A stretch of DNA of 64,000 bases from an uncultured virus (IMG/VR IMGVR_UViG_3300011815_000001) (lineage: Duplodnaviria > Heunggongvirae > Uroviricota > Caudoviricetes): IMG/VR virus record IMGVR_UViG_3300011815_000001. One strand, given 5' to 3'. A model generated the notes under the pieces. That model ran no database searches. It saw nothing but the letters and a program-made list of their open reading frames with translations, and was not told where the DNA came from. Below are positions 1-11,344 of this stretch, piece by piece. The position numbers and the translations under genes were made by a program. The number at the start of each line of letters is the position of its first letter. Within the stretch, counting starts at the first letter, position 1.

Positions 1-94
1 CTTCTTTTAACTCTTCTGGTACAATTTTTACACCGTCTTCATCTTGATCTAATACAAAGAACCAATCAAATAAAGCTGTTGAAAATTTGTTCAT
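1..94 (-). CDS. 5' end of a divergent hypothetical gene (partial; MNKFSTALFDWFFVLDQDEDGVKIVPEELKE...)
   Basis: CAT at 92-94 with reverse-strand AGGAGG RBS (cctcct at about 103-108); frame open to the window edge. Confidence 0.7.
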   Translation of the reverse strand, partial: MNKFSTALFDWFFVLDQDEDGVKIVPEELKE

Positions 95-266
95 TTTGTT
101 AACCTCCTATTAGTTCGTTTCGTTATATACATCATATTATAACTATACGTTAATTGCAACTAAATTATGCAATATAAATTAATTAATTTTAGTCTGGTGC
201 ATGCAGTTGATCGGATATGGTATAGGTAAGGAAAACGCAAAACACTATATAATAGAAGAAACTCAA

Positions 267-339
267 NNNNNNNNNNNNNNNNNNNNNNNNNNNNNNNNNN
301 NNNNNNNNNNNNNNNNNNNNNNNNNNNNNNNNNNNNNNN
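267..339. other. Assembly gap (N run) inside a repeat-rich intergenic region
   Basis: Ns flanked by near-identical TATATAATA(A)GAAGAAACT units on both sides. Confidence 0.95.
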
Positions 340-959
340 TATATAATAGAAGAAACTTAAAATTTTAGGGTAAAAAGCAACTTTCTTCTATATAAATAGG
401 TAAATGAAAAGTCGATAAAAGCAGGGAATAATATCGGCTCAATAAACAAAGCATAAAAACATCATATTACTAACGAAACTATCAAATATATACCATTATT
501 AACCCTTTAAAATGCTCATTTTATGGTATTAATTTCGCAATTTCATTTGAGAAAACGCTATTAAGTAACAGCAAAGTCAAAAAATCGCCAGCACTTTTTC
601 AGGCTGGTATCCACAGGCTCGTTTGAAAAGTTTACATATAGTAACAGATTGACTTAAAAATCACGACGAAATTTTCGAGTTTCATTTGTGATTTTTTCTA
701 ATTGTAACAGAAAAATAAAAATCGAAGGGGCTTTCAAGGATTTATTTTAAAATTTTCATTACAGAAAACACTATTTAATAACAGCTTCAACTTTATATCA
801 CGAGCGAAATTTAAAAAGTTTTAATATAAATGTTTAAGAAATACAAAACTGTGGAATAAGTGATACATAGTTAACGTATATTGTATAACCATAAAGGATT
901 ATAGTTGTTAAATCAACAATAAAATATAAAACTTTATGCAATAATAATTAAATAATGTG

Positions 960-988
960 TTGACACTTATTGTATTAATTGTTATTAT
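960..988 (+). promoter_or_regulatory. SigA-type promoter driving the + strand array
   Basis: TTGACA-17 bp-TATTAT upstream of ORF 1047. Confidence 0.7.
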
Positions 989-1046
989 TTAGTTAACAAC
1001 TAATACATATTGAATAACCAAATTTAAGAGAAAGGATGGATTTTAA

Positions 1047-1646
1047 ATGAAAAATACAACAATTAAATTAGAAGGTCAGCTACAAGCTTCTTTTAGAACA
1101 GCAAATAATGAATTAGGACTAGGCAAAATCATATATAATGAAGATTCAAATGAATCAATTATCACTAATGGAAAATCATTAATTACATATACCAACTCTA
1201 AGCTAGAAGAATCACAAAACGTAAGTGAGGACGAAAGAGAGCGTATTAGTAATTTAACTAAACACCTTATTCACAGTAACTATGGAGAAATGATTGCGTG
1301 TGAATTCTACTTCTATAAAGAGGATATGGTTGACCTATTAAGATACATGAATGAACACTCAAACAGTCAAATTAAATTAACTTTTAACAATAAACTTAAC
1401 GTAGTATCGGCAAGTGTTGATGGAGATGCCTCATTAGTGAAGATACTACAACCAGCTCAAATTAATGCTCATAAGCACGTAGATATGAGTTGTACTGTCG
1501 AAATGGAACAATTATTAAACATATCGGAACTACTTTACCAAGAAATGTCTGTTGATTCCTTACTAGGGGTAGCATTACAATATAGTTCAAGACCTGTGTT
1601 ATTAGCGACTGAAAACGTATCTGCTTGCATAAGCTGTGTTAAATAA
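1047..1646 (+). CDS. Hypothetical phage protein (199 aa)
   Basis: ORF with AAAGGA RBS downstream of the promoter; no family recognised. Confidence 0.7.
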   Translation: MKNTTIKLEGQLQASFRTANNELGLGKIIYNEDSNESIITNGKSLITYTNSKLEESQNVSEDERERISNLTKHLIHSNYGEMIACEFYFYKEDMVDLLRYMNEHSNSQIKLTFNNKLNVVSASVDGDASLVKILQPAQINAHKHVDMSCTVEMEQLLNISELLYQEMSVDSLLGVALQYSSRPVLLATENVSACISCVK

Positions 1647-2336
1647 TAGATATTAAATAGAATTAAAGAGGTGATATAAATGACAACTGCATTAGCATTC
1701 GATTTATTCTTAGACGAGTATGATGTGCTGGAAGAAGGTAAACTGCTTACACATATGAAGAATGAGCTTAAATCAAAAGGAAAGATGACAACAAGATTAT
1801 CGGTTGTCAAAAACGATGGTCTAAAAAACGAAATTCCTAAAATCAAAAGTTTATTTATCAAAAACGAGATTAGCGAAAACGAAAATTTGAAAAATGAAAT
1901 ATCCTTTTTGGATTATAGTTTCAAAATCGATAACGATATTTCTGAAATCGAAATTTTGGATTCTGAGAAAATTCGTAAAGACATGATGAAGGGGTACATG
2001 GAGTTATTATCTAATTAAAGTTAAGTGAAATTAAATAAATACAAAATAATTAATTAAACTAAAAGAGAGAAAAGGAGAAATGAATTATGAAAATGTTTGT
2101 AGTGGTAGAGGTTAAGGATGGGAAAGTAATTTGGACGGACAATCGACTAAGTGACACAAAAGATGGAGCATACAGCTCAATTAAGATTTACAATAAAGCT
2201 ACAAAGCATAAACGTAATTTTTCAGTAGCGCAAGTCACAAACTGTAAATTAGTAAGTTAAGGAATTCGAATAGTCTAAAATTTGGATTGTAAGTCATTAT
2301 TCCAAAGTGGTATAATATAACAACAAAGATCATTGT

Positions 2337-2366
2337 AAAAGCATCAGCTAAATTGTTGATGCTTTT
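2337..2366 (+). terminator. Intrinsic terminator (possibly bidirectional)
   Basis: AAAAGCATCAGC...GTTGATGCTTTT hairpin with A and T tails. Confidence 0.65.
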
Positions 2367-3187
2367 ATTAGCACAAACTTATTATAATATTTTATAAAAT
2401 AGCGGATAATTATTGTTGTGATTAAATAATTTATATTGTATAATAAATTTAAGTTAATAAATGAAAGGAGATATCTTACAGTGGATTATGAATTAAGGTA
2501 TAATATGTTGATTAGGTTCGTTCAAGGAGCTAGAGATGGAATAACAAATTCAAGCAACAATCAATCTGAAGCAGTCGGATGGTATGAAAAGGGATTGTCA
2601 GACGCTCTGGATGCTGTTTTAGATGAAGTGAATAGGCTGAGTGCGGTAGGAAATAAATCAAATTAAATTTAATCAAATCAATCTTTTATTAGAAAGTGAG
2701 GTGATATATATGATTAAAACAATGGTGATTTTAGATGAAGAATTAAATGGAAAACAAATGTTCCAGTTTACAGTAGACAGAGAGTTTCATGTGGGAGATA
2801 TTATTGAGCATGAAAAATTACATGGTAAGCATGAAGTTAAATTTGTTGATATTGCCACTGTTCAAGTTTTGGCTATAAATTAGAATAAAATCGAAGTTTT
2901 ATTAAAGAGAGGTGATACATAAATGGTGGTTGTAGCTAAATATATATTGAAAAAATCGGTTCAATTAAATGAATTAGAAACAAAAAAGGAAAAACTAGTG
3001 AAAGAAATTACTCACTGGTTACAATTGAGTGGAGTACCATACGCAGATATACCTCCCTACAATGAAGCTGTAATAAAAATGGCTAATGGTGAGTATGAAA
3101 GTGAAGCTGAAATAGAAAAGGCTTTGTTAAAGTTAATAGAAAGCAATGGATTAGAATAAAAGCGAAGAAGAAAAGGGGTAACTTACT

Positions 3188-4003
3188 ATGGTGAAGAAAG
3201 TTAATAAAACTCTAACTCATGAGGAAATTCAGGAGCAGAACTTAAAAAGTCAAATGTCAATGATAGAAACGGAAATTCCATTTATTCCAGAACCACTTCA
3301 ATTGTTTTCGGTAGGTGAAGAGGTGAATTTTAGGAAAGCGAAAGATGCTAAGATTAAAGATGTGTTATTGGACGGTAAACTTTATATCGTTTCATACACT
3401 GAGACATTTAAGAAAAAATATACTGAGGACATCATAGAAAAACCTAATACGTTAACCTATGCAAAATGGTTTGATCTTTCTAAAGCTGACGATAAGGTTA
3501 ATGAAAATAAATTTACTAAGAAAAATGATCTACATATTCATTTTATGCAGATGTCGATTCAATCCTTATTCACAAAAGTATATTCATTTGGAGTAGACTT
3601 CGAACCGGAATATCAACGTGGATACGTTTGGGAATTAGAAGATAAAATAGCTCTTATTGATTCAATTTTCAATAATATTGAAATCGGTAAATTCGCATTT
3701 ATCGATAATTCAGATACAAAGTGGAAGGAAACTGGAATTAGTTATGAAATATTAGATGGTAAACAGCGACTAAGTACACTTTGCGAGTACCGTGAAGGGA
3801 AATTTGACTACAACGGATTTAAATTCAATCAATTACATCCATTAGATCGTGCTCATATTTTAAATTATCCGGTATCAATTGCAGAGATTAGAGATGCTAC
3901 TGAACAAGATGTATTAAAATATTTTGTTAAATTAAACTCTAACGGTAAAGTAATGAGTGAAGATCATTTATCAAAAGTAAAATCTTTAATTAAAGGGGAG
4001 TAA
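3188..4003 (+). CDS. DUF262 (GmrS-like, ParB/Srx fold) domain protein
   Basis: PEYQRGYVW, LIDSIFNNIEIG, YEILDGKQRLSTL and FVKLNSNG motifs. Confidence 0.85.
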   Translation: MVKKVNKTLTHEEIQEQNLKSQMSMIETEIPFIPEPLQLFSVGEEVNFRKAKDAKIKDVLLDGKLYIVSYTETFKKKYTEDIIEKPNTLTYAKWFDLSKADDKVNENKFTKKNDLHIHFMQMSIQSLFTKVYSFGVDFEPEYQRGYVWELEDKIALIDSIFNNIEIGKFAFIDNSDTKWKETGISYEILDGKQRLSTLCEYREGKFDYNGFKFNQLHPLDRAHILNYPVSIAEIRDATEQDVLKYFVKLNSNGKVMSEDHLSKVKSLIKGE

Positions 4004-4895
4004 GTATGTTAACTGTACAGAAATTTTTAAATTATTTAGCAGTAGACCAAAAGGTTAAAATACTGCAAGACAAACCAAGAGAAAATCGCAAGGATTTATT
4101 ATATAAGGGTATATCATTTGACCTTATGGATGGTAATCTACATCTGTTAGAAATATTGTATGTATGCTCATCTAAAGAAGATGAACTAGTTTTAGTAGTG
4201 AGTTAATAAATAATAAAACCGATGTTTTAATAAAGAAAGGATGAGTCAAATTGGAAGATAAACATTTAAGAAGAGTAAGAGCAGTATTTAACCCAGACAC
4301 AAAGCATATAGACTCATTAAAACCGGAAGCTAGAAAATTAATAGGTAAAGAGTTTATTTTAATATACGCATGGCTTATGGGAGAAGATGATCCTTTTCCT
4401 AATGTATGGGCGTTAACTTTCGTTGATAATAGTTATACAGCTAAAATCAGTTGGATTCCTGAATTTGATTTAGATATTATTGAAATTCTTTGAAAGCAAT
4501 TAAGTAAAAGTGAGTTTTTATTGATTAGTTGAACCAAAATGTTGACTAAGAAGAGGGTGAAAAAGTGGCATATGTTGTGAAAATTAATACTTTAGACCAT
4601 ACGGATATAGAAGGATATTACACAGGCAAGATGATTCATTATAGAGATGAAGGAGTAACTGTACCTGACATCGCTGACGATAAAACAGATTTGAAGGTGA
4701 AGATTTATAAGCGTTATAAAAATGCCGAAAATGCTATGAGTAACATATTAGATAAAGCCAGTTTTGTAAAGTCATGTACAATTGAAGCTTACTAGATTTT
4801 TCGGACAAATTATGAAGTAAAAATGCGTTAATAGTGCGTTAGTTTTAATTGGATAATCAAAAAAATATTAGCTTTAATAATGGGGGAATGTAATC

Positions 4896-5213
4896 ATGAA
4901 AGAAAACAGAATTTTATTAGATAATACACTAGGTAAATACCTGAAGAAACTACGTGATCAAAAAGATTACAGTCAAAAAGAAATGTCTAAAATCTTACAC
5001 TTGTCATCGGCTATGGTGGGCTATATAGAAGAGGGGAAAAGAATGCCTACAATGAGTACTTTACTAGAATACTCTTCTCATTTCTCAGTAAAGGTTGAAG
5101 AATTAATTGAGCAGAGAATAATTACAATTAAAAACACTGTTGAAAGGTATGAAGAAAAGACACCTCATCATATTATGAATGAATACCATTTAATTTCTTA
5201 TTACACAAAATAA
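4896..5213 (+). CDS. XRE-family HTH transcriptional regulator
   Basis: LGKYLKKLRDQKDYSQKEMS...VGYIEEGKRMP. Confidence 0.85.
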   Translation: MKENRILLDNTLGKYLKKLRDQKDYSQKEMSKILHLSSAMVGYIEEGKRMPTMSTLLEYSSHFSVKVEELIEQRIITIKNTVERYEEKTPHHIMNEYHLISYYTK

Positions 5214-8200
5214 TCAAAATTTGTTAATCACAAAAAAAACAAAAATGTACAGTAAAGAGTTTGGCGACTATGAAGAAGAGCTATCAACGGAAGCTCTTGC
5301 ATTAATTAATAATTGTGAAGGTAATATTGAAGAAAATATTAATGATATTGAAAAAGTGTTTTTGCACTTTATTAACAAAGATAATTAAATAATTTTGAAC
5401 AAAGTATGTAGTAAAAACGATATTTTATTAAAGGAGAGTTAATATGAAATATTATGAATTAGAAAAGTCAGATCAAGCATCTGTACATGATGCTATTTTA
5501 GATGCAGTATATGATATAGAAAACAAGTATATAGAAGATCAGGAAATTGCAGAGCTATTTGAATACATACCTGAAAATATTCACTATTTAGCATTGCAAT
5601 GGGACTGGAGTGATACAGAAGTAAGGGAACATGTTTATTTATTCATAAAAGAAAATTACAGTAATATACAAACTGCTAAGTAATGGAGGGTAACAATGTA
5701 CACAATCTTATATGAAAATAAATATAATAAACAATATTGTTCGGATTACTGTTTTAATGAATTATCAGAAGCAAAAGATCATCTAGAGTCAAAGGGTTAT
5801 ACAGAAAACAATCGAATTTTTTATCTAACAAGTGATTGGGGTAATTCAAAAGCTTATATCCACTATTTAAAATTACATGATAATACAATTAAATAATAAT
5901 ATATAAAGAGGTTGGTGGGTTTATTGATTGAAGGGAAACTATACTATAGTGAACTAGAGGACTACTGGTATATAATTAGAGAGGATGAAAGTATAATTAA
6001 TGTAAGCGAGTTAATTTATGGACTGTCCAATCATAGCGCCCATTTCGATGATGAGTTATATATTGGTGAGGGTGAGCATTTTAAAGTGACACTTGAAATC
6101 AATGGTGAGGTTGCTAATATTAAGCGGTAGAACAAGCTAAATATCAACTCAAATAGAATTGAAGTTTAGTTGAAGAAAGGGGAAAGAACTATGAAAAACT
6201 TTTTATTAACATGGCACGATACAAATGGATATGAACATTTTGGATGGTTTGAAAGTGAAGAAGAATTAAGGGATTTTGTAGCATCAAACGATATACAGGT
6301 AGTCGATGCAATAGAAATTTATAATAATAGAGACATTATACTAAGATAAAAGTGAGTTCTATCAAATAGCTGAAACAAAATATTGGATAATAAAGGAGAG
6401 TAATATGAGAGTCAAACACGGATTAAGTCAATACCGTTTAAATCACGCAAAAAGCTATGTACAAGGATTTTTAGAAACAGTGAATAAAATTGAAATGATG
6501 TTTCAAATGTCAGAACAAGGCTTAATTGATGAAGAAATAGCAGAACGGTATATTTCATCAAACATCGTTGAACTTGATAGGAATTGGGAATATTTCAAAG
6601 AATATATCAACCAACGTGAAGATATGCGCTAATACGCAATTTAAAAATTTTATTGAGTAAAACAAGGATTTTATTAAATTTAATTAAGTAATTGAAACAG
6701 AATGTGGAGGAAGGTGAATGTAATGTCAAAGGGTTTTAATTGGGAAACAACGGCTGGAGTCCATTGGTCAAAGGCAGAAAACGATTGGATGTGCGGTGGT
6801 CCAACAAGCGCTACTCGTGCATTGTTAGCTTTTGATTTTGTCGGTTCAGATACATTTAAGGAACTAATAAAAGAACTGGATAAGCGTGGTTACGATACTA
6901 AAACTTTACGTTTTTCGGTGAAAAAGAAAAATTGACCACTGAGCAAACCGAACAAATTAATTAGTAAAGAATAAAATATCAGTTTTATTTAGATTTTAAT
7001 TATAGAAATAGTGCTATTTATTAAGGGGTGAATTAATGGACAACTTGGAACGTTGGGAGAAAATGCTTAATTCAGTTGGTACTTCTCCGAAAATATGGAG
7101 AGTATTTAAAGAAATGAAGCGAGAAATTGAACAAGACAATGAAGTTAAAGAACGCTACGCAAAAGAAATTGTTAAATGTCGGGTAGCTTTAAATAAAATC
7201 GCTACAAGAAAAATGAGTATGTATTTAAGTGTAAGTCATATGAATCAAGACTTCATTAAGATTGCAAATGAAGCTTTGGATAAGTGTAAGGAGTAGTTTA
7301 TGAAGCGTTACATACTAAAGATAGATGAATCAACTTATGTAAAATCAATCAACTGGATTATCATTACACTCCCAGTCATTAAATCGGGAAACTTTGATGA
7401 TGCGCTCATATTTGAAGAAAATTATCTAAATGAAGCGATAGGGCATAGCGGTTATGAGCAGACGGTTACTCGTAAAGATTTGATTATTTCACATTATCCG
7501 ACAGTAAAATTTATAAAAGTTAAGATCGTTATAGATGAGTAAATAAGTCAAATAATATAAGGAAGTGAATATAGATGGATGAGAAAGTAAAGAAAACCGT
7601 ACAAGGTTGGGAAAAGCATTTTGATACTTTGGTTATGGACTATGACGGTTTTCCTGATGATACCGAGATTTACGAAACACTTTTTACTGAAAAGGAATTT
7701 TTAGAAAACGCTATGATAAGTACTGTTTTATTTAGCGATAAATTAATAAATGTATTCCGTAATTCTATTAAATGAATAAAATGTCGATTTGATTTGAATA
7801 AAAAATATAGTAAGGGAGAGATTGAAATGATTTTAAAATTTGCAAAAGAAGATAAAACATTATGTGATGGCGGTTGGATTTTAAATTATGAGTTTTTAAA
7901 AGAAATACATGAGAAGGTGGTTTCTTTATCGGATGAAACATTGCACACTGATATGGAAAATATCGAAGCAGTATTATTAATTGCTAATGGTGAGGAAGAA
8001 TTATTGAAGCAACGTTTAGTTGAATTAGAAGATTTTTAATCAGCAATACGAAAAAATTATAAAGGAGGAAATAAAGATGTATTACTACACAATTTCGAAT
8101 GGAGAATACTCAGATTACAGCTATACAACGATTTATCATGAAAGGAAGTATAGTAATAAAGAGTTTGTTCAGATGTACAATGAAGCTGTAGAAAATAGTG

Positions 8201-10103
8201 GAGGAAGCATTCAATTCCATGATGGCGTTGCAGAAAAGATGGTTGAAATGTTTGGATTTAATATAGTTGAAGAAGAGTTTGAAATTTGTCGTGAATATGA
8301 CAAACACCAGCCAATTTCATTAGATATTATATCGGAAGACGAAAAATACTATAGCAGTGACAGATGATAAATGCCGAACAATACGAACTAATGAACAGAA
8401 TTTGATGGGTGGAGGAAAAATACGTGAATCCAGTAACATCTAATCAGTTACAAATGATTAAGAAGGTTGAATGCATAATAGGCGAAACTTTTTGTGGTAA
8501 AAGTAAACAAGAGGCATTTCTTTGGTTGCGAGAGTATGTACCCAAAGCAGAAAACATTATAGCGGGAATTAACGCTATGAGAAATCAAGTGACACCTAGT
8601 AATATACAGAATGCTAATGACTATTCTTGGGGGAGGTTATTCAGCAAAAATGTTAAGACTATTGGAGTTAGATTATAAGTTAAAATATGAACCTTTAGAT
8701 CAAGAAGGATTAGAAAATGTAATTAGAGAACTTAATTATTTTTTATAAAATATATAAAGGTTGTGAATAGATGAAAATTATAATGTATGAAGAAGAAATG
8801 ATTAAAATTTTAGATTCTTATGTAAAAGAGAAGTTATTATTAGAAAAGCAAGATTCCTTTATCGTATTCGAAGATGATGAAAACCTAAAAGGACTGCATT
8901 TTACTTTCTTAGAAAAGAAAAGGATTGATGAGTAATATAATGAAGAGAGACCAAGAAATCCAATAAAAGATTACTTTGAATGAGAAATGGAGGATGGATC
9001 GATGAAGAAATATGCAATAGGATTGTGTAGTTTTGAGGAAGATATTGAAGTAGTAATTGTTGAGGCAAATGATGCATCAGTGGCTATGTGCATTGCAGTA
9101 AATAATAAGTATGGTTGGGATGTTATAGCTGAAGAACAAGGAATGTTACCTTTCACTACTTTAGATGAAGCTGTAGACTACTTCTTACAGGGTGATATTA
9201 ATATTTCAAAACCAGTTGAGGTTTAAATCAAATAAAAGATTAAGAATGAAGGAGGAAATTCTATGAATACGCCAGCATGGAATGATAGCAATTGGATTAT
9301 GTTAAAGGAATCCCCACCTAAAGACAATGAAGAAGTGTTTTTAAAATGCGAATACATGATGCAACAGTACATAACACTTGGGAAAATGACAGAAGGTGGT
9401 AAACATCGCTTATCTTCAAAAGTTGATGAAGATTTATTCTTTAGAAGTAAAATAATCGGATGGAAGCCAGTAAATTAAAAAAAAGCGGTTCAGAAACCTT
9501 GATATAATAGGCTTTCTGAGACATGAAATCCGAATAAAAGGTTGCTTTTAATGGAATTATAAACTAATATTAAATAATACATTTGGAGGTTAGTGTATGA
9601 TTGATTTCGAAAATGGAGACAGTATTAAATTTGGTGAGCAATATTGTAAAGAATTTAGACGTGAAGAATTTAAAGGTAAGACCATAATGATGACACCGCA
9701 ATACTTTGAAGACGACAATGGTTTATATGCTTATACTGTTGAATGTGCAGGTATTTGGGATGAGAAGAATCAAGAAGCAGACAGTATTTATCATTTATTT
9801 GGCAATGACTTTGAGTGGTTTATGGATTGTCAACTAATTAAAGGGACTGAAGAAGATAAACAAACATATCAATCCATTATTAATGAACATAATGAACGAC
9901 TAGAAAAAGAAGCAGAAGGCTGGTTGGAATTTGCTAAAGGGAATGGATTTTAAATTTTAATTAATAATGAATAGCGAAGTGAAGATGATAAAAATAAATC
10001 TATTTAAAAGGGGTGATGCAATAATCATTTAACAGTAGTAATTACATATTAAATAAACGCACTTTTAATTGAAACAAAAAACAAACCAACAACCAGAGAA
10101 AAG

Positions 10104-10508
10104 GTGGAAATTAAATTGAAGAAAATCACAAAAGTAACATTAGGCGCAGTAGTGTTAGCAGGAGTATTTACATTAGGATTATCAACAAATAGTGGTGGAA
10201 CTGAAGCAGGTAGCACAGTGACAACAACAGTAGTTAATACAGCGAACTCATTGTTAGGTAAGGCTGGATATAACAAGAAGGAAGAAATTAAAAACCGTAG
10301 TTTTGAAGCAGAAATTTTAGCAGAGGTTGATCCTGAAATTGAAGCAAGAATCAAAGAATTGGAAGCTCGACTTGAAGCTTTATACCAATCTAATTTAGAA
10401 AATTATAAGGAAACAGCAGAGTATAAACAAATCATGGTTGAGCTTGATAAAATTATGAATTCAATTTATACACGATATGCACCTGAAGTTAACAACATCT
10501 TCAAATAA
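10104..10508 (+). CDS. Hypothetical exported or membrane-anchored coiled-coil protein
   Basis: Basic N-terminus plus hydrophobic segment (KKITKVTLGAVVLAGVFTLGL). Confidence 0.55.
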   Translation: MEIKLKKITKVTLGAVVLAGVFTLGLSTNSGGTEAGSTVTTTVVNTANSLLGKAGYNKKEEIKNRSFEAEILAEVDPEIEARIKELEARLEALYQSNLENYKETAEYKQIMVELDKIMNSIYTRYAPEVNNIFK

Positions 10509-10523
10509 GAAGTGATATACATA

Positions 10524-10554
10524 ATGGGTAGTGAGTAAATCGCTACCCATGTTT
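10524..10554 (+). terminator. Hairpin, likely intrinsic terminator
   Basis: ATGGGTAGTGA-GTAAA-TCGCTACCCAT followed by GTTT. Confidence 0.55.
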
Positions 10555-10585
10555 ACTCAAAGCCATAAATTAAAGGAGAAAAATA

Positions 10586-11344
10586 ATGAATATAAAAGAA
10601 TTGTTACCACAAGAGCCTAATTGGATTAAAGAGAATGTTATTTTATTTGGCAAAGTGGGTAGTCATGCATATGGAACTGCAACAGAAAAATCAGACTTAG
10701 ATTACAAGGGAATTTTAATTCCACCAGTTGAGTACTTTTTAGGTCTACAGCAGTTTGAAGGATACGATAAAACAGGCGGTAAAAACTTTAAGAATAATGT
10801 TGGAGATGTAGACGTGACACTTTTACATATTAACAAATTCGTAAAAGATGCAATCGCAGGTGTTCCCAATAATTTAGAATTGTTATTCTTGGGTGAGGGC
10901 GACTATCTATATTTAAATGAATTAGGCAAAGAAATTGTCGATATGCGAAGTCAGTTCCTATCCAAACAAATTATGAAAAAGTTTGGAGGTTACGCTAAAT
11001 CACAAGCTCAAAAGATGAAACAGTTAAATTCAAATGGTAGAGCTAGAAGTGAGCTGGTTGAGCAATTTGGCTATGATACGAAATTTTACATGCACACTGT
11101 CCGATTACTTGAGATGGCAATTGAAATTTTAAATGAACACACATTAAATGTAAAACGCCCCAATGCAATTGAACTTGTAAAACTACGTGAGGGGACTCAC
11201 ACCTTGAAGGATGCATTACTTAACATCGAAAAATTAGAAACAGCGTTGCAAACTGCATATGAAGAATCGACACTAAGAAATGAACCTGATATTGATTACA
11301 TTAACAAATGGTTAGTTGAATTCAATAAACGGGCAATCTTATAA
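10586..11344 (+). CDS. RlaP/Nuc-transf family (Pol-beta superfamily) nucleotidyltransferase
   Basis: GSHAYGTATEKSDLDYKG, PNNLELLF and GYDTKFYMHTVRLL motifs. Confidence 0.85.
   Translation: MNIKELLPQEPNWIKENVILFGKVGSHAYGTATEKSDLDYKGILIPPVEYFLGLQQFEGYDKTGGKNFKNNVGDVDVTLLHINKFVKDAIAGVPNNLELLFLGEGDYLYLNELGKEIVDMRSQFLSKQIMKKFGGYAKSQAQKMKQLNSNGRARSELVEQFGYDTKFYMHTVRLLEMAIEILNEHTLNVKRPNAIELVKLREGTHTLKDALLNIEKLETALQTAYEESTLRNEPDIDYINKWLVEFNKRAIL

Noticed and set aside
3188..4003. GmrSD type IV restriction system
   Set aside because: DUF262 only; no HNH/DUF1524 part or partner gene
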